From contig JAJFGP010000142.1 in NCBI GenBank assembly GCA_021776055.1, positions 1,298-65,297 on the forward strand: a stretch of 64,000 bases of DNA. Direction: 5' to 3'. The stretch is from Kiloniellaceae bacterium (GTDB lineage: Bacteria; Pseudomonadota; Alphaproteobacteria; Kiloniellales; J153). Positions 16,772-26,204 of this stretch are shown here, piece after piece (within the stretch, counting starts at the first letter, position 1; the number at the start of each line of letters is the position of its first letter). The notes under the pieces are model-generated. The model made no database searches. It saw nothing but the letters and a program-made list of their open reading frames with translations, and had not been told where the DNA came from. The position numbers and the translations under genes were made by a program.

Positions 16772-18732
16772 GCAGTGCTACGCCCGAGAACCTGGATACT
16801 TTCCCGAAGCTGTGCGCGGACCAGGCAGCCAAGAACGGCGGCCGACCGGCTATCCGCGAGAAGAATTTCGGCATCTGGCAGACCTGGACCTGGGCGCAAG
16901 TCGCGGCCGAGGTGCGGGCCCTGGCCTGCGGCTTGGCGGCACTTGGCCTAAAGCGCGGCGATAAAATCGCCATCGTCGGCGACAACCGGCCGCGCCTCTA
17001 CTGGACCATGACGGCGGCCCAAGCCATCGGCGCCATTCCCGTGCCGCTCTATCAAGATTCCGCGGCCAAGGAGATGACCTTCGTCATCGACCACGCGGAA
17101 GTCCGCTTCGCCATGGTGGAGGACCAGGAGCAGGTCGACAAGATGATCGAGATCAGGTCAGGCGACGGCAGGCTTGACCAGGTCATCTATGACGACGCCC
17201 GCGGCATGCGCCACTACAACCACGATTTCCTGCATTCCTTCGACGATGTGCAGGCCGCCGGACGTGAATTCGATACCGCGAATGCCGGCTTCTACGAGGC
17301 TGAGGTAGCGAAGGGCACAGGCACCGATACGGCGATCATCCTCTATACCTCCGGGACCACCGGCCAGCCCAAGGGCGTGGTCCTGAGCTTCGACAATCTG
17401 GTCCGTTCGGCTGCCAACGGCATCGCCTTCGACAACCTGTGCCTCGACGAAGAGGTGCTGGCCTATCTGCCCATGGCCTGGGTCGGCGACCATCTGTTCT
17501 CGTTCGGTCAAAGTTATTTGGCTGGGTTCTGTGTCAGCTGTCCGGAATCGAGCGATACGGTGTTGCACGATCTGCGCGAGCTAGGGCCGACGTACTTCTT
17601 CGCGCCGCCGCGCATTTTCGAGAACATCCTGACCACGGTGATGATCCGCATGGAGGACGCCGGCTGGGTGAAGCGGCGAATGTTCCACTACTTCATGAGC
17701 GTGGCCAAACGGTGCGGTAGCGACATCCTGGACCGCAAGCCGGTGCCGTTGGCCAATCGCCTGCTCTATGCCATCGGTGATCTGCTGGTTTATGGCCCAC
17801 TGCGCAATACACTGGGCTTTAGCCGCGTCCGCTTGGCCTATACCGCCGGCGAGGCCATCGGGCCGGAAATTTTTGCCTTTTACCGGTCGACCGGCATCAA
17901 CCTGAAGCAGCTCTACGGGTCCACCGAGGCAAGCGTCTATATCACCATGCAACCGGACGGCGAAATCCTGCCCGATACGGTCGGGCGCCCGGCGCCGGAG
18001 GTGGAGATCAAGTTCACTGACAGCGGCGAGGTCATGTTCCGCAGTCCCGGCGTTTTCGTCGAGTACTACAAAAGCGCCGAAGCCACCGCCGCGACAAAAA
18101 CCAACGACGGCTGGGTGCACACTGGTGACGCCGGTTACCTCAACGAGCAGGGTCATTTGAAGATCATCGACCGGGCCAAGGATGTGGGCCGCCTGAACAA
18201 CGGCGCCCTGTTCGCGCCGAAGTACATCGAGAACAAGCTAAAGTTCTTTCCCGAGATCAAGGAAGCGGTCGCCTATGGCGATCAACGCGACTATTGCGCC
18301 GTCTTCGTCAACATCGATTTGGCAGCGGTCGGCAGTTGGGCGGAACGCAACAACGTCGCCTACGCCAGCTATCAGGAATTGGCGGCGCACCCACAGGTGC
18401 TGGCAAGCATCACACGGCACATTGAAGCGGTGAACCGCGATCTGAGCGAGGACGAGAAGCTTGCCGGCTCGCAGATCGAGCGCTTCCTGGTTCTGCACAA
18501 AGAGCTGGATGCGGACGACGGCGAATTGACCCGCACCCGCAAGGTGCGGCGCAGTTTCGTGGCCGACAAATACGACTCGCTGGTAGAGGCGCTTTACTCA
18601 AAGCTCGACCACACTCATGTCGAGACCGAGATGACTTTTGAGGACGGCCGCAAAGGCGTGATCGCCGCCGATCTGCAAATTCTCAGCGCCAAGACCATCT
18701 CGTCAGCGCCCCCGCTCAAGGCCGCGAGCTAG
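16768..18732 (+). CDS. Long-chain fatty acid--CoA ligase-like AMP-binding protein
   Basis: YTSGTTGQPKG, YLPMAWVGD, YGSTE, HTGDAG, IDRAKD, ELTRTRKVRR. Confidence 0.93.
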   Translation: MSSATPENLDTFPKLCADQAAKNGGRPAIREKNFGIWQTWTWAQVAAEVRALACGLAALGLKRGDKIAIVGDNRPRLYWTMTAAQAIGAIPVPLYQDSAAKEMTFVIDHAEVRFAMVEDQEQVDKMIEIRSGDGRLDQVIYDDARGMRHYNHDFLHSFDDVQAAGREFDTANAGFYEAEVAKGTGTDTAIILYTSGTTGQPKGVVLSFDNLVRSAANGIAFDNLCLDEEVLAYLPMAWVGDHLFSFGQSYLAGFCVSCPESSDTVLHDLRELGPTYFFAPPRIFENILTTVMIRMEDAGWVKRRMFHYFMSVAKRCGSDILDRKPVPLANRLLYAIGDLLVYGPLRNTLGFSRVRLAYTAGEAIGPEIFAFYRSTGINLKQLYGSTEASVYITMQPDGEILPDTVGRPAPEVEIKFTDSGEVMFRSPGVFVEYYKSAEATAATKTNDGWVHTGDAGYLNEQGHLKIIDRAKDVGRLNNGALFAPKYIENKLKFFPEIKEAVAYGDQRDYCAVFVNIDLAAVGSWAERNNVAYASYQELAAHPQVLASITRHIEAVNRDLSEDEKLAGSQIERFLVLHKELDADDGELTRTRKVRRSFVADKYDSLVEALYSKLDHTHVETEMTFEDGRKGVIAADLQILSAKTISSAPPLKAAS

Positions 18733-18742
18733 CGCCCAGTGT

Positions 18743-18774
18743 ATGAGATTGGGCACATGAGATTGGGCGTATGA
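18743..18774 (+). repeat. 2 x 14-bp tandem repeat ATGAGATTGGGC(AC/GT) forming chained mini-ORFs
   Basis: Units at 18743 and 18757, then ATGA at 18771. Confidence 0.9.
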
Positions 18775-19562
18775 CTCAGGCACGCGAACGCATCGGCGAC
18801 ACCTTGCTCGCCCTTGAGAACGTCAACCTCGCTTTCGGTGGCGTACGGGCGCTGAGCGACGTAAGCTTCGAGATTCGCGAGCACGAAATTCTCGCCATCA
18901 TCGGCCCGAACGGTGCCGGCAAAAGCTCCATGCTCAATGTCATCAACGGCTTCTATCATCCGCAAGAAGGCGCCATTACCTACAAGGGCAAGAAACGCAA
19001 GCAGATGCGGCCGCACGAAGCCGCCGCGACGGGCATCGCCCGGACGTTTCAGAACATCGCCCTCTTCAGGGGCATGAGCACCCTGGACAACATCATGACC
19101 GGGCGCCTTCTGAAGATGCGCCGCAACTTCCTTTGGCAGGCGCTTTATTGGGGCCCGGCGGTGCGCGAGGAGATGGAGCATCGGGAAGCGGCCGAGCGCA
19201 TCATTGATTTCCTGGAGATTCAGTCGATTCGCAAGACCCCGGTCGGGCGTCTGCCCTACGGCCTGCAGAAACGCGTCGAGCTGGGTCGGGCCCTGGCCGC
19301 CGAGCCGGACCTGCTTCTTCTGGACGAGCCCATGGCCGGCATGAACGTGGAGGAGAAGGAGGACATGTGTCGCTTCATCCTCGACGTTAGCGACGAGTTC
19401 GGCACGACCATCGCCCTCATCGAGCACGACATGGGCGTGGTCATGGACATATCGGACCGGGTGGTGGTGCTCGACTACGGGCGCAAGATCGCCGACGGCA
19501 CGCCGGACGAGGTGCGCGGCAACGCCGCCGTCATCGACGCTTATCTAGGGGTCAGCCACTGA
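18771..19562 (+). CDS. Liv-type ABC transporter ATP-binding protein (LivG-like)
   Basis: [39 protein letters not shown]. Confidence 0.95.
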   Translation: MTQARERIGDTLLALENVNLAFGGVRALSDVSFEIREHEILAIIGPNGAGKSSMLNVINGFYHPQEGAITYKGKKRKQMRPHEAAATGIARTFQNIALFRGMSTLDNIMTGRLLKMRRNFLWQALYWGPAVREEMEHREAAERIIDFLEIQSIRKTPVGRLPYGLQKRVELGRALAAEPDLLLLDEPMAGMNVEEKEDMCRFILDVSDEFGTTIALIEHDMGVVMDISDRVVVLDYGRKIADGTPDEVRGNAAVIDAYLGVSH

Positions 19563-20491
19563 TGCTGTACAATTTCCTAATCGCCCCTTTTCTGGACATG
19601 GCCGGCTCGCCAGTTTTCTTCGCCGAGGTCGTGATTAGCGGCCTGCTGACCGGCGTCATGTATTCGTTGGTAGCACTTGGTTTCGTGCTGATCTTCAAAG
19701 CATCCGGCGTGTTCAATTTCGCGCAAGGAGTGATGGTTCTTTTCGCGGCCCTGACCCTGGTGGGCCTGATGGAACGGGGCGTGCCCGTATGGCTGGCCTT
19801 GATCCTGACGGTTGCGGTAATGACCGCGCTGGCCTTTGCCATCGAGCGCATCATGCTGCGCCACTTGGTCAACCAAGAAGGCATCATCCTGTTCATGGCG
19901 ACCATCGGCCTGTCCTATGTTTTGCAGGGCCTGGGCGAGACCCTATGGGGCAGCAACGTCAAGCGCCTGGACGTGGGCATTCCCAACGCATCCTTCGAGA
20001 TCGGCGGCATTCTGCTCAACGAGTTCGATCTCTTCGCCGCTGCCTCGGGCGCCGTGCTGGTAACCGTGCTGGCCGTTTTCTTTCACTACACCCGGATCGG
20101 CCGAGCCTTGCGCGCCGTCGCCGACGATCATCAGGCGGCGCTTTCGGTCGGTATTCCGTTGAAGCACATCTGGATCATCGTGTGGTCGGTCGCCGGCGTA
20201 GTCGGCCTGGTGGCCGGCATCATGTGGGGGGCCAAAAGCGGCGTGCAATTCAGCCTCTCGCTGATCGCGCTCAAGGCCCTACCGGTGCTTATCCTCGGTG
20301 GTTTCACCTCGGTTCCCGGCGCTATCGTCGGCGGCCTGATTATCGGGGTCGGCGAGAAAGTGGCGGAAATTTATTGGGGACCGCTCGTCGGCGGTGCCAT
20401 AGAAACTTGGTTCGCTTACATGCTGGCCTTGGCCTTCCTGGTGTTCCGGCCGCAAGGTCTGTTCGGCGAGCGCATCATCGAGAGGGTGTGA
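19562..20491 (+). CDS. Liv-type ABC transporter permease (LivH-like)
   Basis: GFVLIFKASGVFNFAQG, GRALRAVADD, FRPQGLFG. Confidence 0.95.
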   Translation: MLYNFLIAPFLDMAGSPVFFAEVVISGLLTGVMYSLVALGFVLIFKASGVFNFAQGVMVLFAALTLVGLMERGVPVWLALILTVAVMTALAFAIERIMLRHLVNQEGIILFMATIGLSYVLQGLGETLWGSNVKRLDVGIPNASFEIGGILLNEFDLFAAASGAVLVTVLAVFFHYTRIGRALRAVADDHQAALSVGIPLKHIWIIVWSVAGVVGLVAGIMWGAKSGVQFSLSLIALKALPVLILGGFTSVPGAIVGGLIIGVGEKVAEIYWGPLVGGAIETWFAYMLALAFLVFRPQGLFGERIIERV

Positions 20492-20494
20492 CCG

Positions 20495-21568
20495 ATGATT
20501 TATCGCGAGGCCGGGCAGTTCAAGACCAGCTATGCCGGCGACCAGAGGGTTTTTCCGATCCTGCAGGACCGTTGGTGCGTCGCCGCCGCCATCCTCTTCG
20601 CCTATGCCATTCCGCTTCTGGCGAACGAATACTGGCTGCAGGCGGTACTCATACCGTTCCTGATCTTCGCCCTCGCCGCTATCGGCCTCAATTTGCTGAC
20701 CGGCTACTGCGGCCAGGTGTCTCTTGGAACCGGTGGTTTCATGGCGGTCGGCGGCTATATGACCTACAAGATCACCACCAACATTCCGGACATCAACATC
20801 ATCGTCGTGTTTCTGATCGCCGGGCTGTGCGCCGCCTTGGTCGGCTTGGTGTTCGGTCTTCCGAGTCTGCGTATCAAGGGTTTTTATCTGGCGGTCGCCA
20901 CCTTGGCGGCGCAATTCTTCATCGGCTGGATCCTCAACAAGGTCGGCTGGTTTTACAACTACAACGCGTCGGGCACGATCACGGCGCCGCCCCGCGAAAT
21001 GTTCGGCATTGTGGTCACCGGACCGCACGCCAGCGCCGAGGTACGCTACCTTGTGGCGCTTAGCCTTGTGATCGTCTTTGCCCTGGTGGCCAAGAACCTT
21101 GTGCGCGGCAAGGTGGGACGGGCCTGGATGGCCATCCGGGATAAGGATATCGCCGCCGAGATCATCGGCATCCGGCCGCTGCAGACCAAGCTGCTGGCCT
21201 TTACGATCAGCTCGTTCTACTGCGGCGTAGCCGGGGCGATGACCGTATTTCTCTGGCTGGGTAGTGCCGAGACGGAGGCCTTCGACATCTTCTTGTCCTT
21301 CAACATCCTGTTCATGGTCATCATCGGTGGGTTGGGCTCGATCCTCGGATCGTTCCTGGGTGCGGCCTTTATCACCCTGGTGCCGGTGTTTCTGACCAAC
21401 GCGCCGCTGATGATCGGCCTGTCCATGCCCATCGACATGCAGAAACACATCGAGGTCATGCTCTTCGGCTCGCTGATTATCTTTTTCCTGATTGTCGAGC
21501 CGAACGGCCTGGCGCGATTGTGGCAGATTACTAAGGAGAAGCTCCGTCTGTGGCCATTCCCATACTAG
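20495..21568 (+). CDS. Liv-type ABC transporter permease (LivM-like)
   Basis: GLNLLTGYCGQVSLG, GRAWMAIRD, IIGGLGS. Confidence 0.95.
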   Translation: MIYREAGQFKTSYAGDQRVFPILQDRWCVAAAILFAYAIPLLANEYWLQAVLIPFLIFALAAIGLNLLTGYCGQVSLGTGGFMAVGGYMTYKITTNIPDINIIVVFLIAGLCAALVGLVFGLPSLRIKGFYLAVATLAAQFFIGWILNKVGWFYNYNASGTITAPPREMFGIVVTGPHASAEVRYLVALSLVIVFALVAKNLVRGKVGRAWMAIRDKDIAAEIIGIRPLQTKLLAFTISSFYCGVAGAMTVFLWLGSAETEAFDIFLSFNILFMVIIGGLGSILGSFLGAAFITLVPVFLTNAPLMIGLSMPIDMQKHIEVMLFGSLIIFFLIVEPNGLARLWQITKEKLRLWPFPY

Positions 21569-21682
21569 AGCGGGATCGACCACGAACCGGGCACAATTGC
21601 GATGCTTTCAGGCACATGTTAAAAACTAGGCTGATAATAGGCTGAAATTGGCTCACTCACTCCAAGTAACAGGGAGACAACC

Positions 21683-23002
21683 ATGAGAATTAGGACCTTG
21701 GTTCTGGCCGCCATGACTGGGGCGGTCGGTTTGGCCGCGGCGGCGCAAGTTCCCGCCCAGGCTCAGAATGATCAGTTCTTTCCGATGCTCGTCTATCGCA
21801 CCGGGCCGTATGCCCCGAGCGGCATCCCGGTAGCCAATGGCTTCCGCGATTACTACACGATGATCAATGAGCGCGACGGCGGCATCAACGGCGTCAAGAT
21901 CACCTTCGAAGAGTGCGAGACCGAGTACAACACCAAGCTCGGCGTCGAGTGCTATGAGAAGCTCAAGAACAAGGGTTCAACCGGCGCGACGCTGATCAAT
22001 CCGTTCAGCACCGGCATCACTTATCAGCTAATCCCGAAGGCGTCGGTCGACCAGGTGCCAATCCTCTCCATGGGTTACGGCCGCACGGCCGCTGCCGATG
22101 GCCGGTATTTCCCGTGGGTGTTCAACTTCCCGACCACCTACTGGAGCCAGGCGTCTGCTTTCGTGAGCTATGTGGGACAGCAAGAAGGCGGCATGGACAA
22201 GCTCAAGGGCAAAAAAATTGCCCATGTTTTCCACAACAGCGCCTATGGCAAGGAAGCGAACCCGACCCTAGAAGCGCTGGCGGCGAAGTATGGCTTTGAG
22301 TTCACCGGGCTTGCGGTCGATCATCCCGGTCAGGAGCAAAAAGCGACTTGGCTGCAGGTTCGCCGGCTCAAGCCCGACTGGATCTTCATGTCAGGTTGGG
22401 GCGTGATGAACCAAGTGGCGATCAAGGAAGCCGCGGCGATCAACTATCCGATGGATCATTTCGTCGGCAACTGGTGGTCAGGTAGCGAAGCTGACGTGAT
22501 CCCGGCCGGCGACGGCTCCAAGGGATACAAGTCCGCCGCGTTCCATGGTGCCGGAACGGGCTGGCAGGTCCACAAGGACATCCTCAAGTACGTCTACGGC
22601 GGTGACGAGGCCAAAGCCAAGGCGAACAACATGGGTGAGGTGCTTTACAATCGCACCGTGGTCAACGCCATGTTCGGTGTTGAGGCAGTCCGCACGGCCC
22701 AGGCCAAGTTCGGCAATAAGGCGATGACCGGCGAACAAGTCCGCTGGGGCCTTGAGAACTTCGACCTCACCGAAGCTCGCCTCAAGGAGCTTGGCATGGA
22801 GGGCTTCACCCGGCCGGTGAAGGTTTCTTGCGAGGATCATGAGACCGGCGGTCCCATCGTCATTCAGCAGTGGGACGGCAAGACGTGGAACGTGGCGAGC
22901 GACTGGATTTCGCCAATTCGCGAGGTCGTGCGTCCGATGGTCGTCGCAGCGGCGGAAGCCTATGCGAAGGAAAACAACATCACCGCGCAATCCTGCAACT
23001 AA
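21683..23002 (+). CDS. Liv-type periplasmic substrate-binding protein
   Basis: Signal peptide; YRTGPYAP, EECETEY, GYGRTAAADG, VSCEDH. Confidence 0.93.
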   Translation: MRIRTLVLAAMTGAVGLAAAAQVPAQAQNDQFFPMLVYRTGPYAPSGIPVANGFRDYYTMINERDGGINGVKITFEECETEYNTKLGVECYEKLKNKGSTGATLINPFSTGITYQLIPKASVDQVPILSMGYGRTAAADGRYFPWVFNFPTTYWSQASAFVSYVGQQEGGMDKLKGKKIAHVFHNSAYGKEANPTLEALAAKYGFEFTGLAVDHPGQEQKATWLQVRRLKPDWIFMSGWGVMNQVAIKEAAAINYPMDHFVGNWWSGSEADVIPAGDGSKGYKSAAFHGAGTGWQVHKDILKYVYGGDEAKAKANNMGEVLYNRTVVNAMFGVEAVRTAQAKFGNKAMTGEQVRWGLENFDLTEARLKELGMEGFTRPVKVSCEDHETGGPIVIQQWDGKTWNVASDWISPIREVVRPMVVAAAEAYAKENNITAQSCN

Positions 23003-23043
23003 TCGAACCAGGGCTCGGTTGAGCAAGCGGGAAAACGCAAGCC

Positions 23044-23898
23044 ATGAGCGACGCCCTGACTTTAACCCGTGGGAATCAATCGGCCGGCGATAATCGCCGG
23101 CCGATCCTGCAGGTCAACAACGTCGAAGTCATTTACGATCACGTCATCCTAGTGCTCAAGGGAGTTTCCCTGTCGGTCCCGGAAGGCGGTATCGTCGCCT
23201 TGCTTGGCGCCAACGGCGCCGGCAAGACCACCACACTCAAGGCCATTTCCAATCTGTTGCGCGCCGAGCGCGGCGATGTGACCAAGGGAACGATCGAGTT
23301 CGCCGGAGAGCGTATCGATCGCCTGAGTCCAAACGATCTGGTCAAGCGCGGCGTCATCCAGGTGATGGAGGGGCGCCATTGCTTCGAACATCTCACCATC
23401 GAAGAAAACCTGCTGACCGGCGCCTATACCCGAAAAGACGGACGGGCCGCTATCCAGCACGAGTTGGAAAAAGTCTATGCCTATTTTCCGCGTTTGAAGG
23501 AGCGCCGCACCAGCCAGGCCGGCTATACCTCGGGCGGCGAGCAGCAGATGTGCGCTATCGGCCGGGCGTTGATGAGCCGGCCGAAAATGATTCTGCTGGA
23601 CGAACCGTCCATGGGCTTAGCCCCGCAACTGGTCGAGGGCATCTTCGAAACGGTCAAACGCCTGAACGACGACGAAGGGGTTACCTTCTTGCTGGCCGAG
23701 CAAAATACAAACATGGCCTTGAAGTATGCGCGATATGGTTACATTCTTGAGAATGGTCGGGTGGTCTTGGATGGCGACGCGAAAACCCTGGCCGAAAACG
23801 AGGATGTGAAGGAGTTTTATCTTGGCCTCTCTGCCTCGGGCCGTAAGAGCTACCGCGACGTCAAGCATTACAAGCGGCGCAAACGGTGGCTAGCGTAA
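23044..23898 (+). CDS. Liv-type ABC transporter ATP-binding protein (LivF-like)
   Basis: GANGAGKTT, SGGEQQM, LLDEPSMGLAP, AEQN. Confidence 0.95.
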   Translation: MSDALTLTRGNQSAGDNRRPILQVNNVEVIYDHVILVLKGVSLSVPEGGIVALLGANGAGKTTTLKAISNLLRAERGDVTKGTIEFAGERIDRLSPNDLVKRGVIQVMEGRHCFEHLTIEENLLTGAYTRKDGRAAIQHELEKVYAYFPRLKERRTSQAGYTSGGEQQMCAIGRALMSRPKMILLDEPSMGLAPQLVEGIFETVKRLNDDEGVTFLLAEQNTNMALKYARYGYILENGRVVLDGDAKTLAENEDVKEFYLGLSASGRKSYRDVKHYKRRKRWLA

Positions 23899-25184
23899 AG
23901 CAAGGCCGAAAGGCGCGCGCACCTAAGCGCAGCAAAAGCGGCACAACCGAATTTTATGACAACCTAGAGAACCGCAAACCGGCGGCGCGCGAGGCGGCGC
24001 TGATGGCGGCTCTACCGTTGCAGATCGCCCATGCCAAGACACACGCGCCGCAATTCGCCCGTTTGCTCGCGGATGTCGACCCGACAGGGGTGACCAACCG
24101 GGAGGCCCTGACCCGTCTTCCGGTGACCCGAAAATCGGATATGCCCGAGATGCAAAACGCTATACCGCCGCTAGGGGGCCTGTCAGCGATCAAACCCGGC
24201 GCGGCGGCCCGCCTGTTTGCCTCACCCGGACCGCTCTATGAGCCGGAGGGCTTGAGCCCGGACTACTGGCGCACCGCCCGCGCGCTTTTTGCCGCCGGGT
24301 TCCGGCCAGGCGACATCGTGCACAATTCCTTCTCGTATCACCTGACCCCAGGCGGCTGGATTCTGGATATGGGGCTCCGCGCACTTGGCTGTGCCGTGGT
24401 CCCGGCCGGTGTCGGCAACAGCGAAGCCCAGGCTCAAACGATCGCCCAGTACCGGCCAGTCGGCTACACGGGAACACCCGACTATCTTCTGATTCTGCTC
24501 GACGCCGCCGACGAGTTGGGCCTCGATTACAGCAGTATCGTGAAAGCCATGGTTTCCGGCGGCGCCCTGTATCCGTCCTTGCGTCAGGACTACGCGGCGC
24601 GCGGCATTTCCGTGTTGCAATGCTACGCCACCGCCGAGCTGGGCCTGATCGCCTACGAATCCCTGCCTGATGAAGGCATGATCGTTGACGAGCATCTGAT
24701 CGTCGAGATCGTTCGTCCGGGAACCGGTGACCCGGTCCCCGATGGCGAGGTCGGCGAAGTCATCGTCACGACCCTTAATCCCGACTATCCACTGATTCGT
24801 TTCGCCACCGGCGATTTGTCCGCGGTCCAGCCGGGTTTGAGCACCTGCGGGCGGACCAATACACGCTTGCGCGGTTGGCTGGGCCGGGCCGACCAGACCA
24901 CCAAGGTCAAAGGCATGTTCATTCGGCCAGAGCAGATTGCCGCAATCCTCCGCCGCCACCCGACGGTAGCGCGGGCTCGCCTCGTCGTCTCCCGCCTGGG
25001 CGAGACCGACGTGATGACCTTGTTTTGCGAGGTAGCCGAAGATATCGGTGACACCGCCCTCACCGCAGCCATAAGCGACACCCTGCGCAAAGTCTGTAAG
25101 ATAAAGGGTGGGGTTTCCCTGGAGCCGACCGGCGCCCTGCTCAACGACGGCAAGGTCATCGAGGATACCCGCACCTACGGGTAG
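23886..25184 (+). CDS. Phenylacetate--CoA ligase (PaaK)-like protein
   Basis: LPVTRKS, GFRPGDIVHN, YTGTPDYL, QCYATAELG, YPLIRFATGD, GRADQ. Confidence 0.85.
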   Translation: MASVKQGRKARAPKRSKSGTTEFYDNLENRKPAAREAALMAALPLQIAHAKTHAPQFARLLADVDPTGVTNREALTRLPVTRKSDMPEMQNAIPPLGGLSAIKPGAAARLFASPGPLYEPEGLSPDYWRTARALFAAGFRPGDIVHNSFSYHLTPGGWILDMGLRALGCAVVPAGVGNSEAQAQTIAQYRPVGYTGTPDYLLILLDAADELGLDYSSIVKAMVSGGALYPSLRQDYAARGISVLQCYATAELGLIAYESLPDEGMIVDEHLIVEIVRPGTGDPVPDGEVGEVIVTTLNPDYPLIRFATGDLSAVQPGLSTCGRTNTRLRGWLGRADQTTKVKGMFIRPEQIAAILRRHPTVARARLVVSRLGETDVMTLFCEVAEDIGDTALTAAISDTLRKVCKIKGGVSLEPTGALLNDGKVIEDTRTYG

Positions 25185-25230
25185 GCGGCAGGTCCGGGTG
25201 CCGTTTCCCGCACCTGAACCGCCTTTCTCC
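25183..25230 (+). terminator. Hairpin ending the ligase/ABC operon
   Basis: AGGCGG-CAGGT-CGGG...CCCG-ACCTG-CCGCCT followed by TTCTCC. Confidence 0.6.
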
Positions 25231-25292
25231 GTGTCACCCGCAGAAATCGCATTTGCGCCTTATTTGGGACCAAGTGGCACCATAATCGCGGG

Positions 25293-25430
25293 CCACCTTA
25301 ACAAGCACGGAGACTTCCCCTCTCTGTCCGAGGTGCCCAGCCCGCCTCGACACGTTTGCCCCCCAAAACGGCTGGGAACTTAGGCGGTCGCCGGTCCCGA
25401 TCCCGGTGGCCGCCTAACCTTCTCTCCTAA
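25293..25430 (+). ncRNA. Candidate small RNA with C-rich loops
   Basis: Stems ACGGAGA/TCTCTGT (loop CTTCCCC) and CCCAGCC/GGCTGGG (inner loop CCCCC); terminal hairpin TTAGGCGGTCGCCGG/CCGGTGGCCGCCTAA with a pyrimidine tail; promoter-like sequence at 25275-25289. Confidence 0.45.
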
Positions 25431-25448
25431 CTTTCTCTGGGGTCGCGT

Positions 25449-25476
25449 TTGGAGGGCGGCAGGCGATCTGCTATAT
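25449..25476 (+). promoter_or_regulatory. Probable promoter of the ccm operon
   Basis: TTGGAG-N16-CTATAT about 80 bp upstream of ccmA. Confidence 0.45.
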
Positions 25477-25553
25477 GGCTGAAAGCCTACCCAACCGCAA
25501 CGAGCCGAGCGCCCCTTGCCCAGTCTTTCCCCGTGTCCACTCCCGCACCTGCG

Positions 25554-26204
25554 ATGAACCTGTTTTCGGGCCGGGGCCTCGTGTGTATTCGCGGCGAACG
25601 GCAAGTGTTCGCCAACCTCGCCTTCGATTTGGCCCCCGGCGGCGCCCTGCTGCTCAGCGGCCCCAACGGCAGCGGCAAGTCGAGCCTGTTGCGCCTCATG
25701 GCCGGGCTGCTGCGCCCCGCGGGCGGCACCTTGATGTGGGACGGCGCAGCCGTTGCCGACGATCCGGAGACACACCGGGGACGCCTGCGCTATGTAGGCC
25801 ACCTCACGGCCGTCAAACCCGTGCTTACGGCGACGGAAAACGTGGCTTTCTGGGCCCGCCAAGCCGGCGCCGGGCCGGCCGATGTGGACCGCGCCTTGAC
25901 CGGCTTCGCCCTAACGCCCCTGGCCCACGTGGCCGGGCGCCTGCTCTCCTCCGGTCAGCGCCACCGGGTGGCGCTGGCACGCTTGCTGGCGGCGCCGGGC
26001 GATTTGTGGTTGCTCGACGAACCGTCGGTCGGCCTCGATCAGGCTTCGCTTGCTCATTTGAGCACCGCCATCGCGGCGCACCGGGCCGCCGGTGGCCGGG
26101 TGGCCGTCGCCACCCACACACCCATCGACATGCCGGGAGCACAGACCCTGTCCCTCGCGGAATTTGCGAGCGCCGCCCCTGTTGCCGAAGGATCGGGCTG
26201 GTGA
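25554..26204 (+). CDS. ccmA: Heme ABC exporter ATP-binding protein
   Basis: GPNGSGKSSLLR, LSSGQRHR, LWLLDEP, ATH. Confidence 0.95.
   Translation: MNLFSGRGLVCIRGERQVFANLAFDLAPGGALLLSGPNGSGKSSLLRLMAGLLRPAGGTLMWDGAAVADDPETHRGRLRYVGHLTAVKPVLTATENVAFWARQAGAGPADVDRALTGFALTPLAHVAGRLLSSGQRHRVALARLLAAPGDLWLLDEPSVGLDQASLAHLSTAIAAHRAAGGRVAVATHTPIDMPGAQTLSLAEFASAAPVAEGSGW

Noticed and set aside
21585-21605. Sigma54 promoter before the Liv-type binding protein (GGGCACAATTGC)
   Set aside because: GG to GC spacing is 8, not the required 10
25293-25430. Identification as 6S, SRP, cuckoo or suhB/MmgR RNA
   Set aside because: No SRP GGAAGGAAG loop, no CCUCCUCCC repeats, no suhB core and no single long 6S-like rod; kept only as an unnamed candidate
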